This document shows, piece after piece, positions 38,822-50,400 of a stretch of 64,000 bases of DNA. Within the stretch, counting starts at the first letter, position 1. Every line of letters begins with the position of its first letter. The stretch comes from Protoeuglena noctilucae (taxonomy: Eukaryota): the NCBI GenBank assembly GCA_958009085.1, contig OY253673.1:1178001-1242000 (forward strand). Reading direction: 5' to 3'. The notes beneath the pieces were generated by a model. The model had not been told where the DNA came from. It saw only the letters and a program-made list of their open reading frames with translations, and did not search any database. The position numbers and the translations under genes are program-made.

Positions 38822-40813
38822 CTAGTCGGCGCTTCGCTTCTTGACCGCCCGGCGCATCACGGCGCTCAGGACGCCGTAAGCGCCCACCACCTGCACCGCC
38901 AGCACGACCAGCGACGCCCACCGCAGAGGCCGCTGGGCCTGGAGCTCCCTCAGACAGTGCTCTGGCATGTCCTCCAAAGCGTCCATGACGCCGCCCTTCG
39001 CCCTGTGCTCCTGCACCTTGATGTCATTCAGGTAACCCCGCAGCCGCTGCTCCCACCGACGGCGGCGCGCCACCAGGCCCTGGTTCATGCTTTGGAGCTC
39101 CACGTCCGCCGCACCGCCTGCGAGCGCCAACTGATTGTGGAATTTGCTGGCCAAAGCCGAGAAATTGGAGGTGCTCAGAAAGCTGGAGACCTGTCAGACA
39201 TGGGGTGCCCCGATAGGGTACCCCACCTATTGGGCAATCCCCAACTCTTGGCCCCTCCGCTCCCATTCCGTCACCTGAGAGACTCGAGTAGCCGTCGGCC
39301 CCCCGGCTGTGGCGGGCCATGACGCCCTGCACGGACGGCAGGTCGTGTGCCGCCATGGCGATGTCGGCCGCGGTCTGGTGCCGCTTCTGGCGCCTGTCGG
39401 GGTCCGTGATGGTCGCTGGGGCGCTGGCCGTGAGGTGCTCCGAGTGCAGACTCGTCAGCGCCTGCAAACAACCGGGGCAGCCCAAGCTATCTCGCTCCAA
39501 CCCCACGCAGTGCTAGGTCATGCCGGGTCAAGTCGCACAAGGCCGGTGGCTGGACTGCCACATGCATTCGCCCGCATCCCATGCTCACGTCCAGCAGGGT
39601 GCGGTACTCCTCGTACGTGAAATCCTCGAGAGGGTTGCGATGAGCCTCCTCGAGACGACCCAGCAGGTCCTCGGCACGCGAGAATCGCTCGATGAGTTCC
39701 TGCCGCTCCCGAGCCGTCATCTCCGCCATGCCCTTCTCGCTCCCCAGCATGTCCTGCCGAGTCAGGAAAGCATGACGTAGGTGGATGCGTTTTCGAATCG
39801 GCAACAACGCCCCTGCTTGGCCTCCCAAGCCTCGGCTCCCGTCGAACCCAGCCACATCCCATTACATCCTTGCACCATGTGGCACATGAAAACACCCTTG
39901 ATACTCACCTCAATGACCTCCTCGGCGTGCTTCTTGAGGGTCTGCAGCTTGTTCTTAATGTAAGACCGGTCGTTCATGCGAAGCTGCTCACGGTCCGCAA
40001 AGAGCTGCGCCGCCTTCACCGCCCCCGACTGCACCATCTCCAGCGAGTCCTCCAGCTCCCCCAACCGCGTCATCAGCTGCGACACCATCTCCGTGTGGGC
40101 CTCCCGTCGCAAGTGGCCCTCCATGTCCTGCAATTGCACCGGGTGCGGCGGCGTGGGTGCGTGCCAGGACACCAATGTCCTTCGCACGACGATGCAGTGC
40201 CTGGCACACGCATTGCACCACACCGCGACCCGCTGCGCCTTGTCTGGCCCGACCCGTGGGGATCGCACGGCCCTGAATCACTGCTGCCTGCCGCCTCACA
40301 CCTGGGCTCGGATCCAGAGGCCGGCGATGGCGCAGTCGACCTCCACGTCTCGTTGGACGAGGGAGAGGAAGTTGAAGGTGAGCAGGAGGCAGAGGAGGGC
40401 CAGCACGACATACGCCGAGAGGAGGCGGCTGCTGCTGCGGTGGAGGCCCTGCGGACGGAGACGCGCACGGCCACGTCTAGAGAAACATGAGCACATCCGC
40501 GGCATGTTCGCCGGCCGTGACGCGATGCGGACTCGCCAGGAAGCCCACTGCCCCGAGCGCTAGGAGCATGCCGCCGATGAGGAGGCCCGTCAGGCGGGTG
40601 AAGGACGCCAGGTACGCCAGCTGCGGGCGCGTCGACGAGGGAGATCATCGAGAAGGGAACACAAGTGGCGAGCGGGCTAGCAACGCTGACCAGCGTAGTC
40701 CCACGCACCGACGCGACCAGGACGATGAAGCCGGCCACCCCCTGGACGACCGCCAGGATCGGCTCCCACCCCTCGATCTTCGACGGACCTGCGGGTGGCA
40801 CTGCCGTGTCCAT
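38822..40813 (-). CDS. Uncharacterised 4-TM protein with a long helical/coiled-coil loop
   Basis: Three N-terminal hydrophobic helices, a heptad-rich charged loop, a fourth TM (WASLVVLAVQVVGAYGVL) and a basic tail. The exons join via GT-AG sites. Confidence 0.6.
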
Positions 40814-41792
40814 CCATGGCCTGCTGCCGCGCTCGCCGGGCCCCAACTCGCTCTGGCCCAGCACGCTCACTTGCCAAGCCGTCGAGGCCCGCGAAGGAGA
40901 GACCCCCGATCCCCGACCATGGTTCCTTGGCATCTTCTGCCCTGGCATTCATCATGTGCGGCGCTGAGAAGGCCGGGACCCCGCCGGGAGACCGGTGGGT
41001 CGGCCCGGGCGCGCTGCCCGGTGCGAAGGCCGCCGCGCCTGGGTGCGGCTCTCCGGGGCTCCCGCTGGGAGCCCCCTGATTCATAGCGAATCCCTGCGTG
41101 CGTAAGAGGTCACACTCGCGTCAAAGCTGGGCTAGAACGGCCAGAGGGCCATTCCAGAACCGGATGCGACGCTCGGGCCGGACCGCGACGCGTGATTCCC
41201 CAAGCAGATGCACATGCAACCCTCACCCCCGAGTTGATGCTCTGGAAGCCCGTCTCAACGCCCGCGTGGGGCAGGGCCGGGCCCCCGCGCCGGTTCATCG
41301 CGGCGGGACCCGCCGAATACTCTGCAAGGTGCAAATCGAATGGCAAGTCGCTCGTATGTCCCGTCGCGAGGGGCCGCTGCGCGCAGATTGGCACGTTCGA
41401 TTCGCGCACTGCGCGGGACCTGCAGCACCCCGCTGTGGGCAGGCAGGTCGCGACGCGCGGTGCAGCGGGACTCCTGCACCTCTTTCTCCATCGAGCTGTG
41501 GCCTGCGGCGCCCTCTCACCAAAGGCGAGGGCGAGTCGAGTCATGCCCTGACTCGGCGCCCGACCGAGGGCGAGGGCCGGGGTTGAAAACCATTCGAGAT
41601 GGCAGGGATCGCGAGAGACGCGTGACCGCAAGCTTCATTCCGCCCAGTTGACATTTGAAATAGTTTCGGCACTCTTCGGCGTGGCAAAAGCCTATCCCTG
41701 CGTCCCCGTGACTCCCTTGTCGCGAAAGTAGCACGTGCACGGGCCGCGGAAGGGACGCGGGCGGTTCGCGTGGACAGGGGCGGGAGGGCAGG

Positions 41793-43151
41793 ATGCAGGC
41801 TGCAAGCGTGGCCGGGCCGCCGCTTGCCAAGGGACAGGCGATCGGCATCGGTCAAACTCGGCTCTGGGTCGGCAGGACGGGGTGCCCCCTCGCCTGGTCG
41901 CGCTCGAAGCTCTCTTGCCTGGAGGCGACCCCGCAGGCGAGCGGTCGCTGCCCCGGGAGACCTTCGAGCGCCAGCTGCAGGCGCTCTGCATCAGCGGGCA
42001 CCTGTAGGCCGTTCGCGCCGCCCCCCCACGATTCGCGGCGTGCCCTGGGACCTCGCCGCAGCCGCCGTCAAACGTGGCCACTTTTGTTCAAAACGCCGCA
42101 GACGCACGCGCTGGCCGCCGACGCCGACGGGTCGGACAGGCGGAAGACGCACATGGAGGCCTCCACCGGCGCCAGGGAGTGGGGCGATCACCCAGAGGTG
42201 CGGGACCGAAACCTGGGCGGGCACTGAAAACCCCGCGAACTGGGTCCGATGCGGTCTCCGTTTGGAGCAGGCGATGCTGGTGATGCCATAGATGGCTCTG
42301 GCGGGCGCGCGGGACGGCCAGCGCGACGCGCGCGCAGATCGGACCCGGGGAGCGGCCGCAGCGCGTCGAGCTGCCCAACCAAGCCCAGAGCGTGACCAAG
42401 GGCTTGGAACCGCGCAAGGGCGTGGCCGTCGAGGAGAGGGACGAGGACAAGAGGAGGGGATCGGATGTCGACTACCTGGCCGAGCTCCTGGCCATCCAGC
42501 AATCGGGGCCCAAGGTGAGCGGCGGTTGCGACGGGCACGGTACAACCCGCGGGGTCCTCGCCTCCGCGCCGGGCAGCGAGCGCCGTGACTGGCGGAGTCC
42601 GCGTCGCGGGCGCTGACGCTCGGCCGGCCCTGTGACTGCAGGACATTGCCTTCTTCGGGACGCGCAACATGGGTTTCCTACACCAGCAGCTGATTGAGAT
42701 TTTGTCCTACGCCATGGTCCTGACGGGCAACCACATATACACCTCGGGCGCGACGGGCACGAACGCGGCCGTCATCCGGGGCGCGCTCCGTGCGGAGAAG
42801 CCGGAGCTGCTGACGGTGGTGCTGCCGCAGTCGATGCACAAGCAGCCGGAGGAGAGCCAGACGCTGCTGTCGCAAGTGACCAACGTGATTGAGATGCCCC
42901 ACAACGACCACCTGCCGCTGATCGAGGCCTCCCGCATCTGCAACCGTGACATCATTGCCAGGCAAGAGAGGCAACGCGGCAAGCGGGCGGGGCCAACCCG
43001 GGGTGGCGGTCGCTGAACGGCATCGCTAGGTCGCCCTCGCAGGGTGCGGCAGGTCATCTGCTTCGCTTTCCACGACTCCAAGCTGCTGATCGAGACCATG
43101 CAAGAGGCACGGGACGCGAAGAAGATGGTTACCATGTTCTTCCTCGACTAG
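41793..43151 (+). CDS. Plastid SLOG/DprA-Smf-like Rossmann protein of cyanobacterial type
   Basis: DYLAELLAIQQSGPK, IAFFGTRNMGFLHQQLIEILSYA, TSGATGTNAAVIRGA and ICFAFHDS; TAG at 43149-43151. Confidence 0.8.
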
Positions 43152-43270
43152 CTGGTTTCATCCGCACCCCTCTTTCACGCCATCGACCCTTTCAATGGAA
43201 ACATGACATTAACCAGGAGAGCCCCAAGGCCCCCATACTGCTGCGGGTATTTGCTGATGGTCGCTGTTCT

Positions 43271-43853
43271 CTACTCCTTGACGATGACCAGCGGGCCGAC
43301 GTTGTCGCCGGTCTCCTTGTTGTGCTTCATGTGGGATCCGTCGCAGTTGGGGAACTGCGGGCAGGAGAACCCAAACGGATCGAATCCAAGGGTCCACGCA
43401 GCCCCGGCGAGCCTGCGCGCCGTGCCCTGACGCGGAGGACTCGCCTTAGCAGAGCGCCAGCAGCGGCACGCGACGTACTTGCCCTGGATGTCCTTGGTGC
43501 TCACGGTGTGGGCGACCTGCGAAACAGCAGCCAGGGTGAGAGCAAGCTTACGGATGTTATTACGTGAGCTTGAGCGGCGACATCGGGCTCTCGTCTGCCA
43601 ATATTCTACCCACGTCAGCGAGATATTCGTCGTTTTAGCTAGTCGCCAGTCCCTCGACGCTCGCAGAGGCCCCGAGCGGCGGGTGGGGGGTTTCATAGTG
43701 CGCAGCGCAGTGACTTCTCGCCTTCTCGTTGCCCTTGTCGATGCTGGGGTTGATCTGACCCGCGTCGGCCTTGGCAATGACGCGGGAGCGCGACGCGCTG
43801 GGCCGCAGCGAGGGCGCGGCCTGGGCGGGCGCGAGGCTGGAGGTGAGCATCAT
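43271..43853 (-). CDS. NEET: CDGSH iron-sulfur protein NEET (plastid transit peptide)
   Basis: INPSIDK..KV, CRCWRS..FPNCDGSH.KHNKETGDNVGPL. Both introns (43721-43517, 43444-43355) are GC-AG. Confidence 0.93.
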
Positions 43854-44056
43854 CACGCTCTAACTCCGCGGGAGACTAGCCGATGAAGCGATTCCGGGCG
43901 TAGGTCAGGTCACTTTGATTAAAACGCTGCGATGTGGTGGCGCAGAGGTCGCACAAACACCTGATGTTCAAGAAAGTGTGTCAGAGACCGCTTAGGTCAG
44001 CGGCTCGGTGCCATTACCGGAGCGTCCGAGACCTCCCGGAACTGCGGCTGCGCCGA

Positions 44057-47000
44057 TCACGTGTGCTGCGCAACGCCGCTGGCGAGGTGCATGTCCGCGA
44101 GGGTGTCCCAGACGCTCTTTCGGGGCAGGTCGGGCGCCGCAGGGGGACTGGGCGGAGGGCTGGGCGGGGGCGGCCGCGTCGGGTACTCGGGCCGCAGCGC
44201 CATCGTCGTCCGCCCGATCGTGTTCCTCAGCAGCATGAGCCGCGTGTCCGCGAAGTTCCTGGCCAGCGACATGACGTTGGCCGACAGCCCCAGCTCCTCC
44301 AGCACTTTGGGCTTGACGTGGCTGAGGATGACCGTGGCCACCTTGAGGAGCTTCTCGCCCAGGAGCTCGCTCTGCGGAGGCGTGGCACTTGCCGAAGTGA
44401 GAGGATACCCTCAAGATGATTACTCGTGTCTGCACGCGACGCTCAACACCCACCGTGACGTCCGGGAGGCTCGTGATGATGGACTTGGTGCCGGGCAGGT
44501 TAAGAATCTCCTGAGCGCATCGCAGGTCCAAGGCCAGCGACTGCAAGACGCAGAGGAGGTCACAGGCGGTCCGGCAGAGGCGTGTGGTGCCAGCCAGGAC
44601 CGCGTCAGGCGCGCTGCTGCTGCCCTCGCCTGCAGGCACTCCGCCGCGGCGATCTGGACCTCCGTCGGGAAGGGCGGCCGCAGCGGGTCGGGCAGGTCAG
44701 GGTACTCGGGCACCTCAACCTCGTGGTGCTTGTCGCCCTTCTTCCCCTTGTCTTCCTTGCCCGCCTCCTGCCAAGGAGCCGAGGACAGCGGAGCCGGTGA
44801 AGAGGGTCAGCGAGGCAGCTCAGAGCCAAGTCAGGTGGCCCGGCACGCCCGGCAGTCTCACCTTGGCCGGCAGTGGGGCCACGGGCGTCTCGTGGGGCGG
44901 CGGGTGGGCGTCCTCCTTCGCCGGCTCGTCTTTCTTAACAACGGGCGTGAGCAGGTAGAACATGACCTCCGCAACGGTGGCCTTGCGAAGGAGGCCCCGA
45001 AGGCGCACGGCCGGGGGCCCCAAGGCCGCCCCCGTCCCCCCGCTCGTCGATGCAGCCTCGACCCCTCCGCTCGCCGCCGTGTCCGGCCGGACCCCGGCGG
45101 CAAAAGCCTCTTGCTCCCAGTGCGCGACGCGCTCGCGCTCCTCCGCCAGCAGCCTCTGCCGCAGCGTGGGCAGGCGCAGGACCGAGGCCATCACCTGGGC
45201 GGCGCACTGCTGCACCATGCTGTTGGCGCAGGGGGCCGAGGGCACCACCACGGTGCTGCTCTCCGCCTGGGGCGTTGCGAGGCGCGACTGCGGGGAGGCC
45301 GCTTGCGTTTGTCAGTGTCAGGAGTTCCCCACCCATTGGCGGAGGGGCAGAGCGCAGCGCGTGCACCCGCTTGCGCCACTCGCCCGCTGATCGTCCCGGT
45401 TGACTTGCGACTTGCTGGAGACCTTGGCCACGGCCGGCTTGGCCACGGGCGGGGGCGCCTTTTTGCCCTTGGTCGCCGCCGCGGGTGGCTCGGCCTCAGA
45501 GGCCTCCATCACGGGCTCCAGCGTCCGTGGCTGTTCCTCCTCTGCAAACACCGGTCGAAGAGCGTCAGGCAGGCAGCCATGACGGTGTTGTGACCACACA
45601 TTGGTCCATTGGGCTGGGGTGCTTTGGACCTTCTCGTGTGCCCTGTCTCAGACAGTCTGCCTCACCGATGCCAGGCACCCGTGGGAGAAGGGCCTGCAGG
45701 GCTGGCATGGCCCCCGCGGCCCACAGCTGCTCCACCAGCGTGGCGCTCTTGGCAGCCAAGGTGGCCAGGAGGCGCACCGCCAGAGCACGAACCGAGTCAG
45801 GGTTGGCATCAGACGAGACCAACTCCAGCAGCGACCGCGCGATGTTGCGCTTGACCAGGTCAGCCGCCTGCGGGGCAGGGCAGGGGCGGCAGTGACGCGC
45901 AAGCCCGGGACAGCTCTGGGCAGGGTCAGGTGAAGGCCGTGGGCTGCTTGCCTGGGCAGGCGAGATGACGGCGAGCTGGTTGAGGGCTTTCAGGGCCGCA
46001 GACCGCACGGGCACGCTGGCAGGCCCCGTCACGAATTGCACGAGCTTGTCGCTGTGCCCTGCCTTGAGACACTCCCGGGCAGCGCTCGTCGACCGGCTCA
46101 GAACCTCCACCAGGCGGCAGGCCTCGAGGACCACCGTGTCGTCGGAGTGGCCCAAGACAACCTGCGGGGAGGGAGGCGCGCGTCCGGTGTCTCGCCATGA
46201 TCCTTGGCGCCACCCTGCTGCTATGACATGGCGCGCCCACTTGCCCTCAGACACTCGAGGTGCTGCTGCGCGATGTTCTTCCCCGCGGCTGCCCTGCCGT
46301 CCAGAAGCGTGCGCAGCCCCTGGCACAGCACGGTCAGCCCCTGGGCCGTGGCATCCACTCCCAAGGCAGCCACGCCGTCGTGGTAAGCCTGCTCCCTCCG
46401 CTTCGCGCTCTCCTCTCGCTCCCGCTCGCGGTCCTTGGCCACCTTTGGATCCACGTCCTCTCCAGAGGCATCTGCACGCGGGCGCGTCGAAGTTGCCGAT
46501 CGCAGGCAGCGATTGGCATTCGATGGAACGTCGCAGCCGGCCTCCGCGCCCCGCACCCGTCTCCGACGCCGGCGGCTTGGCCTGTTCCTCAAGCTCCATC
46601 AGTGTCGTCAGCGTCGCGGACAGTACGGCCCACACCGCGTCCGCGTTCTCGACGGTGCACAGCGTCTCCTTTCCCTGGAGCGAGGAGCGCACCAGCTTGC
46701 CCAGGACCACGAGGCTGCCGAGCCTACGATTCCCCGTGGACACGCGGAAGGTGTTCATGACCGTCCGGTAAAAGTTCTCGCTCTCCATCGCGTACTGCGC
46801 ACACGTTGCGTGGGACACGTCTAAGAGGAAGGGAAGCGCGCCTGGGGGGTCAATCCCAATCTCGAAGCTTTTTGCGCAATCCTCGTAGTCATATGTATCT
46901 CGAACTGGTCCCAGAAACGGCAGCAACCGCACGGACGGCGCCCGGTACTTGGGGCCCAGAGCATGCACTCATGGGGAGCCCCGCGTGCGGTCGCGGGAGG

Positions 47001-47225
47001 AAAGCGCTCGCGCCGGCGTGCACAGCGGTCGTTTCTCGAGTAATCGGAATGCAAGAAGCGGCCACGCGCCTGGTAGTCCGGCGGGACCGTCTTCATCTTG
47101 AGCACGGAGGCGAAGCATTCGTGGACGAGCCGGTCGTCGTCCGATTTCAGCTGGACGACGTACCCATGGATGACGTCCACCGGATTCACCGGCTCCTGCT
47201 CAAGCACAGCCTTCTTCTGAGGCAT
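44057..47225 (-). CDS. Armadillo-repeat protein of unknown function
   Basis: ARM-like repeats (VVLEACRLVEVLS, VRSAALKALNQLA, VRALAVRLLATLA, GAMPALQALL) and a Pro-rich C-terminus; exon structure only partly resolved. Confidence 0.65.
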
Positions 47226-47493
47226 GTCGCTCACTGCCCCATCCCCCGGTCTTCCCAGCCCTCGCTATCACAGCCCAAGCCTGGACAGGAGTGCTACAAG
47301 CTACTCTGGCTTGGCTGCCAACTGCAGATGACAGCACCCATCTGAGACACTTTCACAATAGCCACGACACTGACACAGTAACAAGCACGTCGTCCGCCAG
47401 ATGTGTCGGAGCAAGCTCCACAGCCAGACGCTACACTAAGGCGCTGCTCGCTTCGGCGAAGCTCGCTGCGCCACTCCCGCGCAAGCCCTGCCG

Positions 47494-50400
47494 TCAAAGC
47501 TTCGACCAGTCGGGCTGGAACTTTCCCAGCCACCCCGCCATCAGCCGCAGCCGCTCGCGGGTGGGTGGCCGCGAGTCCCGGCTCTTGGAAGATGTCCGGT
47601 CCGACTGGCGCGCCGCCGTCGTGCCGGGGATGGCCTGCAGGGGCGCCCGCCGCCGCGAGGGGCTCACGCTTCCTGGCCGTGAGCCTGGCGATCCCGGCCT
47701 GCAAGCATGTGAGAGCGAAACACGCATGCCTCAGCCTGTCAGGAAGTGGTGCATGCTCGATAATCCATGCCAATGGGTCGTTCATCTAGGTCCATCTGAG
47801 GGGAGCGCCTTGCGCCATGCAATCTCTGCCACCCCACGGTCTCTATCGCCACACACCTCTGCCCCATGCGCTTGAGCTCCTCCTTCGCCGCCTCCGAGAG
47901 CCACACGGTCACGTGCCCGTCCGCTTTCCCATCCCCGTCGACGTCTGCGCCGTCCCGCGTCCCTTCCTCGCCCTCGCTCTCCTCTGAAATGGCCTCGTCG
48001 TTTTGGCTTTTCCCCGACGTCGTGCGGACACCCCTCGCGGCCAGACGACCCTCCGTGGTAATGTGCCAGCCCTCGCCGGCCCGCACGGACAGCTGCCGCT
48101 GGGACAGCTTGTTGAGGGCGCGCACCCAGGAGTTGGCCCGGGCGGGAGTGGACCCGCGAGACAGGGGCAGCTGCGGGGGACGGCAGGACGAGGGCGAGGT
48201 CAGGCTACGGGGACGAGGTGAAGCACTAGGTCTGGGCAGCCACGTGTGTGACATACGCGTACACGAGTAAGACAGCGATGTAAACACTGATGCGTGTCAC
48301 CTCTGCGACGTTCCCCACGTACGGTTGCACAGCGGACGCCGTGGGCCCTGGCCAGGGCGCCTGCGGAGGGCCAAGGGGCAGAAACTGAAACGTGGGGCGG
48401 TGCAGCAACACACCGCGTCCCCGGCAGCTACCAGGGTCAACACAGGCATCGGCGGCGATGGTGCGCAGCAGTCGGCTGCGCCCGGCCCGCCCCTCGCCTC
48501 GTCCTTCCTATGGCCCATGGACGGACTGGGGCTGCGATTGCGGGATCCCTTGAAGCTGTGCAGGACCCCCTGGGCCGCCTCCCGGGCCCACTGCTGCGCC
48601 GTGACCCTCTCGCCCAACGGACACCGCAGCACGGACCCCGACTTCGTTCCTATAACCACCTCCGACACGTCGTACCGCAGTGCCGCGCACAGGATCTCCT
48701 CCTTGCGCCGCGTGGTTCGCAGGCACACGCCACGCCGGGCGTCCCACACGCACAGCTGCCCGTCGGCGCCTGCGCTGAGCACGTGCCCCGACAGCGGCAC
48801 GGATGCCGCGGCCGTGACCGGGCCACGGTGCCGGCGGAGGACGCTGCGGGGCGTCGCGTTGTCGAAGGGCATGCTCCGGCCCCGCACCCACCGGGGCGGC
48901 GTAACGTCAAAGACTCGCAGGGTCGCGTCCTCCGATGCAGTGACCACCAGGCTGCGCTCGGCCGGAGCGCCCGTGTGCTCGTCAGCGTCCCTCCCCGGCA
49001 CCACGCACAGCGCCGTCACGGCCGCGTCGTGCGCGCGGTGCGTGCCCAGGTAATCGCAGGTCCCCAGGTACCACAGCTTGACCACCCCCTCGCTGTCACC
49101 CGTCGCCAGCATCCGCTCGGCCTCCACGAACGCCACGCACGTCGCCTGCGATGCCGCAGCACGAAGCGGCGTCAGACGGCGGCGCTGACAGGGACGTAGC
49201 AGGACGCCCAGAGGCGGGGTGGCGCCATGGCGAGCGTGGGCATGGGCGACACAAGCATGGACCTTTGCAGCCTGGCTGCCCGTCACCTCGGCCCCCGGGT
49301 GCGCGTGGATCTTATCCTCCATGTGCGGCTTGCGTGACTGTTGCGACGGCACGCCCCATATGGCCATGAAGCCATCGGCGGAGACCGTGACAAGAGACGC
49401 CTCCAGAGCACCCGGGGTCATGGCTGCAGTGCACATGCCCGTGACCGGGCGGTGGTGCCCTTTCAAAAACGCCGTCGAGCCCGTGTCCACGTTCCACAGC
49501 TTGATCACGCCATCGTGGTGGCCCGTCACCAGCACGTTCTGCAGAGGGGACGCGGTGGTGTCACCATTGTGCACTTGTGACCAGCCTCGAGCGGACCCAC
49601 CTCTAGCTCTCATCATGCTTATGAATGAGGCCGCAACACTCGCTGCGAATCACGTCACGTGGGCGCGCATCGCCAGGCATATAAGCGCACATGCGTCACT
49701 CACCCGAGGTCGGAAGTACGTCATGGAGGCGATCTCGGAGCGCCCCTCCGCGAGCGTCTGCACGCAGCCCATATCGAATGGATCCCACAGCCGCACCGTC
49801 ATGTCATGCGAAGCGGTGAAGATGCGGAAGTCCGCCTCGCCCACATGAGCACCCAGGCCGTCACCCGGGCCACCCTGCCCCGTGCATATCGCCACCACGG
49901 GCCCTGCGCGCGGTCGTGAGGCTCAGACAGTTCAAGTTCTCGCGCAATGCCCGTCCGCAGACACCGCGGCCCACGCGCTGTGCTGTGGACGCGCCCCTCA
50001 CCGGTGTGCTGGGACCGCAGGACGGCGAACTGGTGGTCGCGCACCACTCGCAGCACCTGCACCTTGTCCGCCACGTACACATACAGCTCGCGGACGTTGC
50101 CCTCGACCTCGCGGGGTGGCGGCGGGACCCTCTGGGGCGGCTTCTTCGCCACTTCGTCGGGGATCGTCGCACCCACGAACACCGGGGTGCGTCTGCGATC
50201 CAAGGCCCACGTCAAGAGCTGTCTGATGACTGACAAAGTGGGGTGAGGTAGGCAGGGTGGGGAGGCATCGCAGGTGCGAATCGATTCGCAGGTCCCCCTT
50301 CGTGCCAAGTCCATCAGCCTCACCTTTGTCGGAAAAACCGTGCGCTCTTCTTGAGACGCACCGCCTCCTCGCGCACGCCCGTGACGGTCTGCGCCAGAAC

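Noticed and set aside
41370..41420. tRNA B-box-like GTTCGATTC within a GC hairpin
   Set aside because: No cloverleaf, acceptor stem or properly spaced A box could be built.
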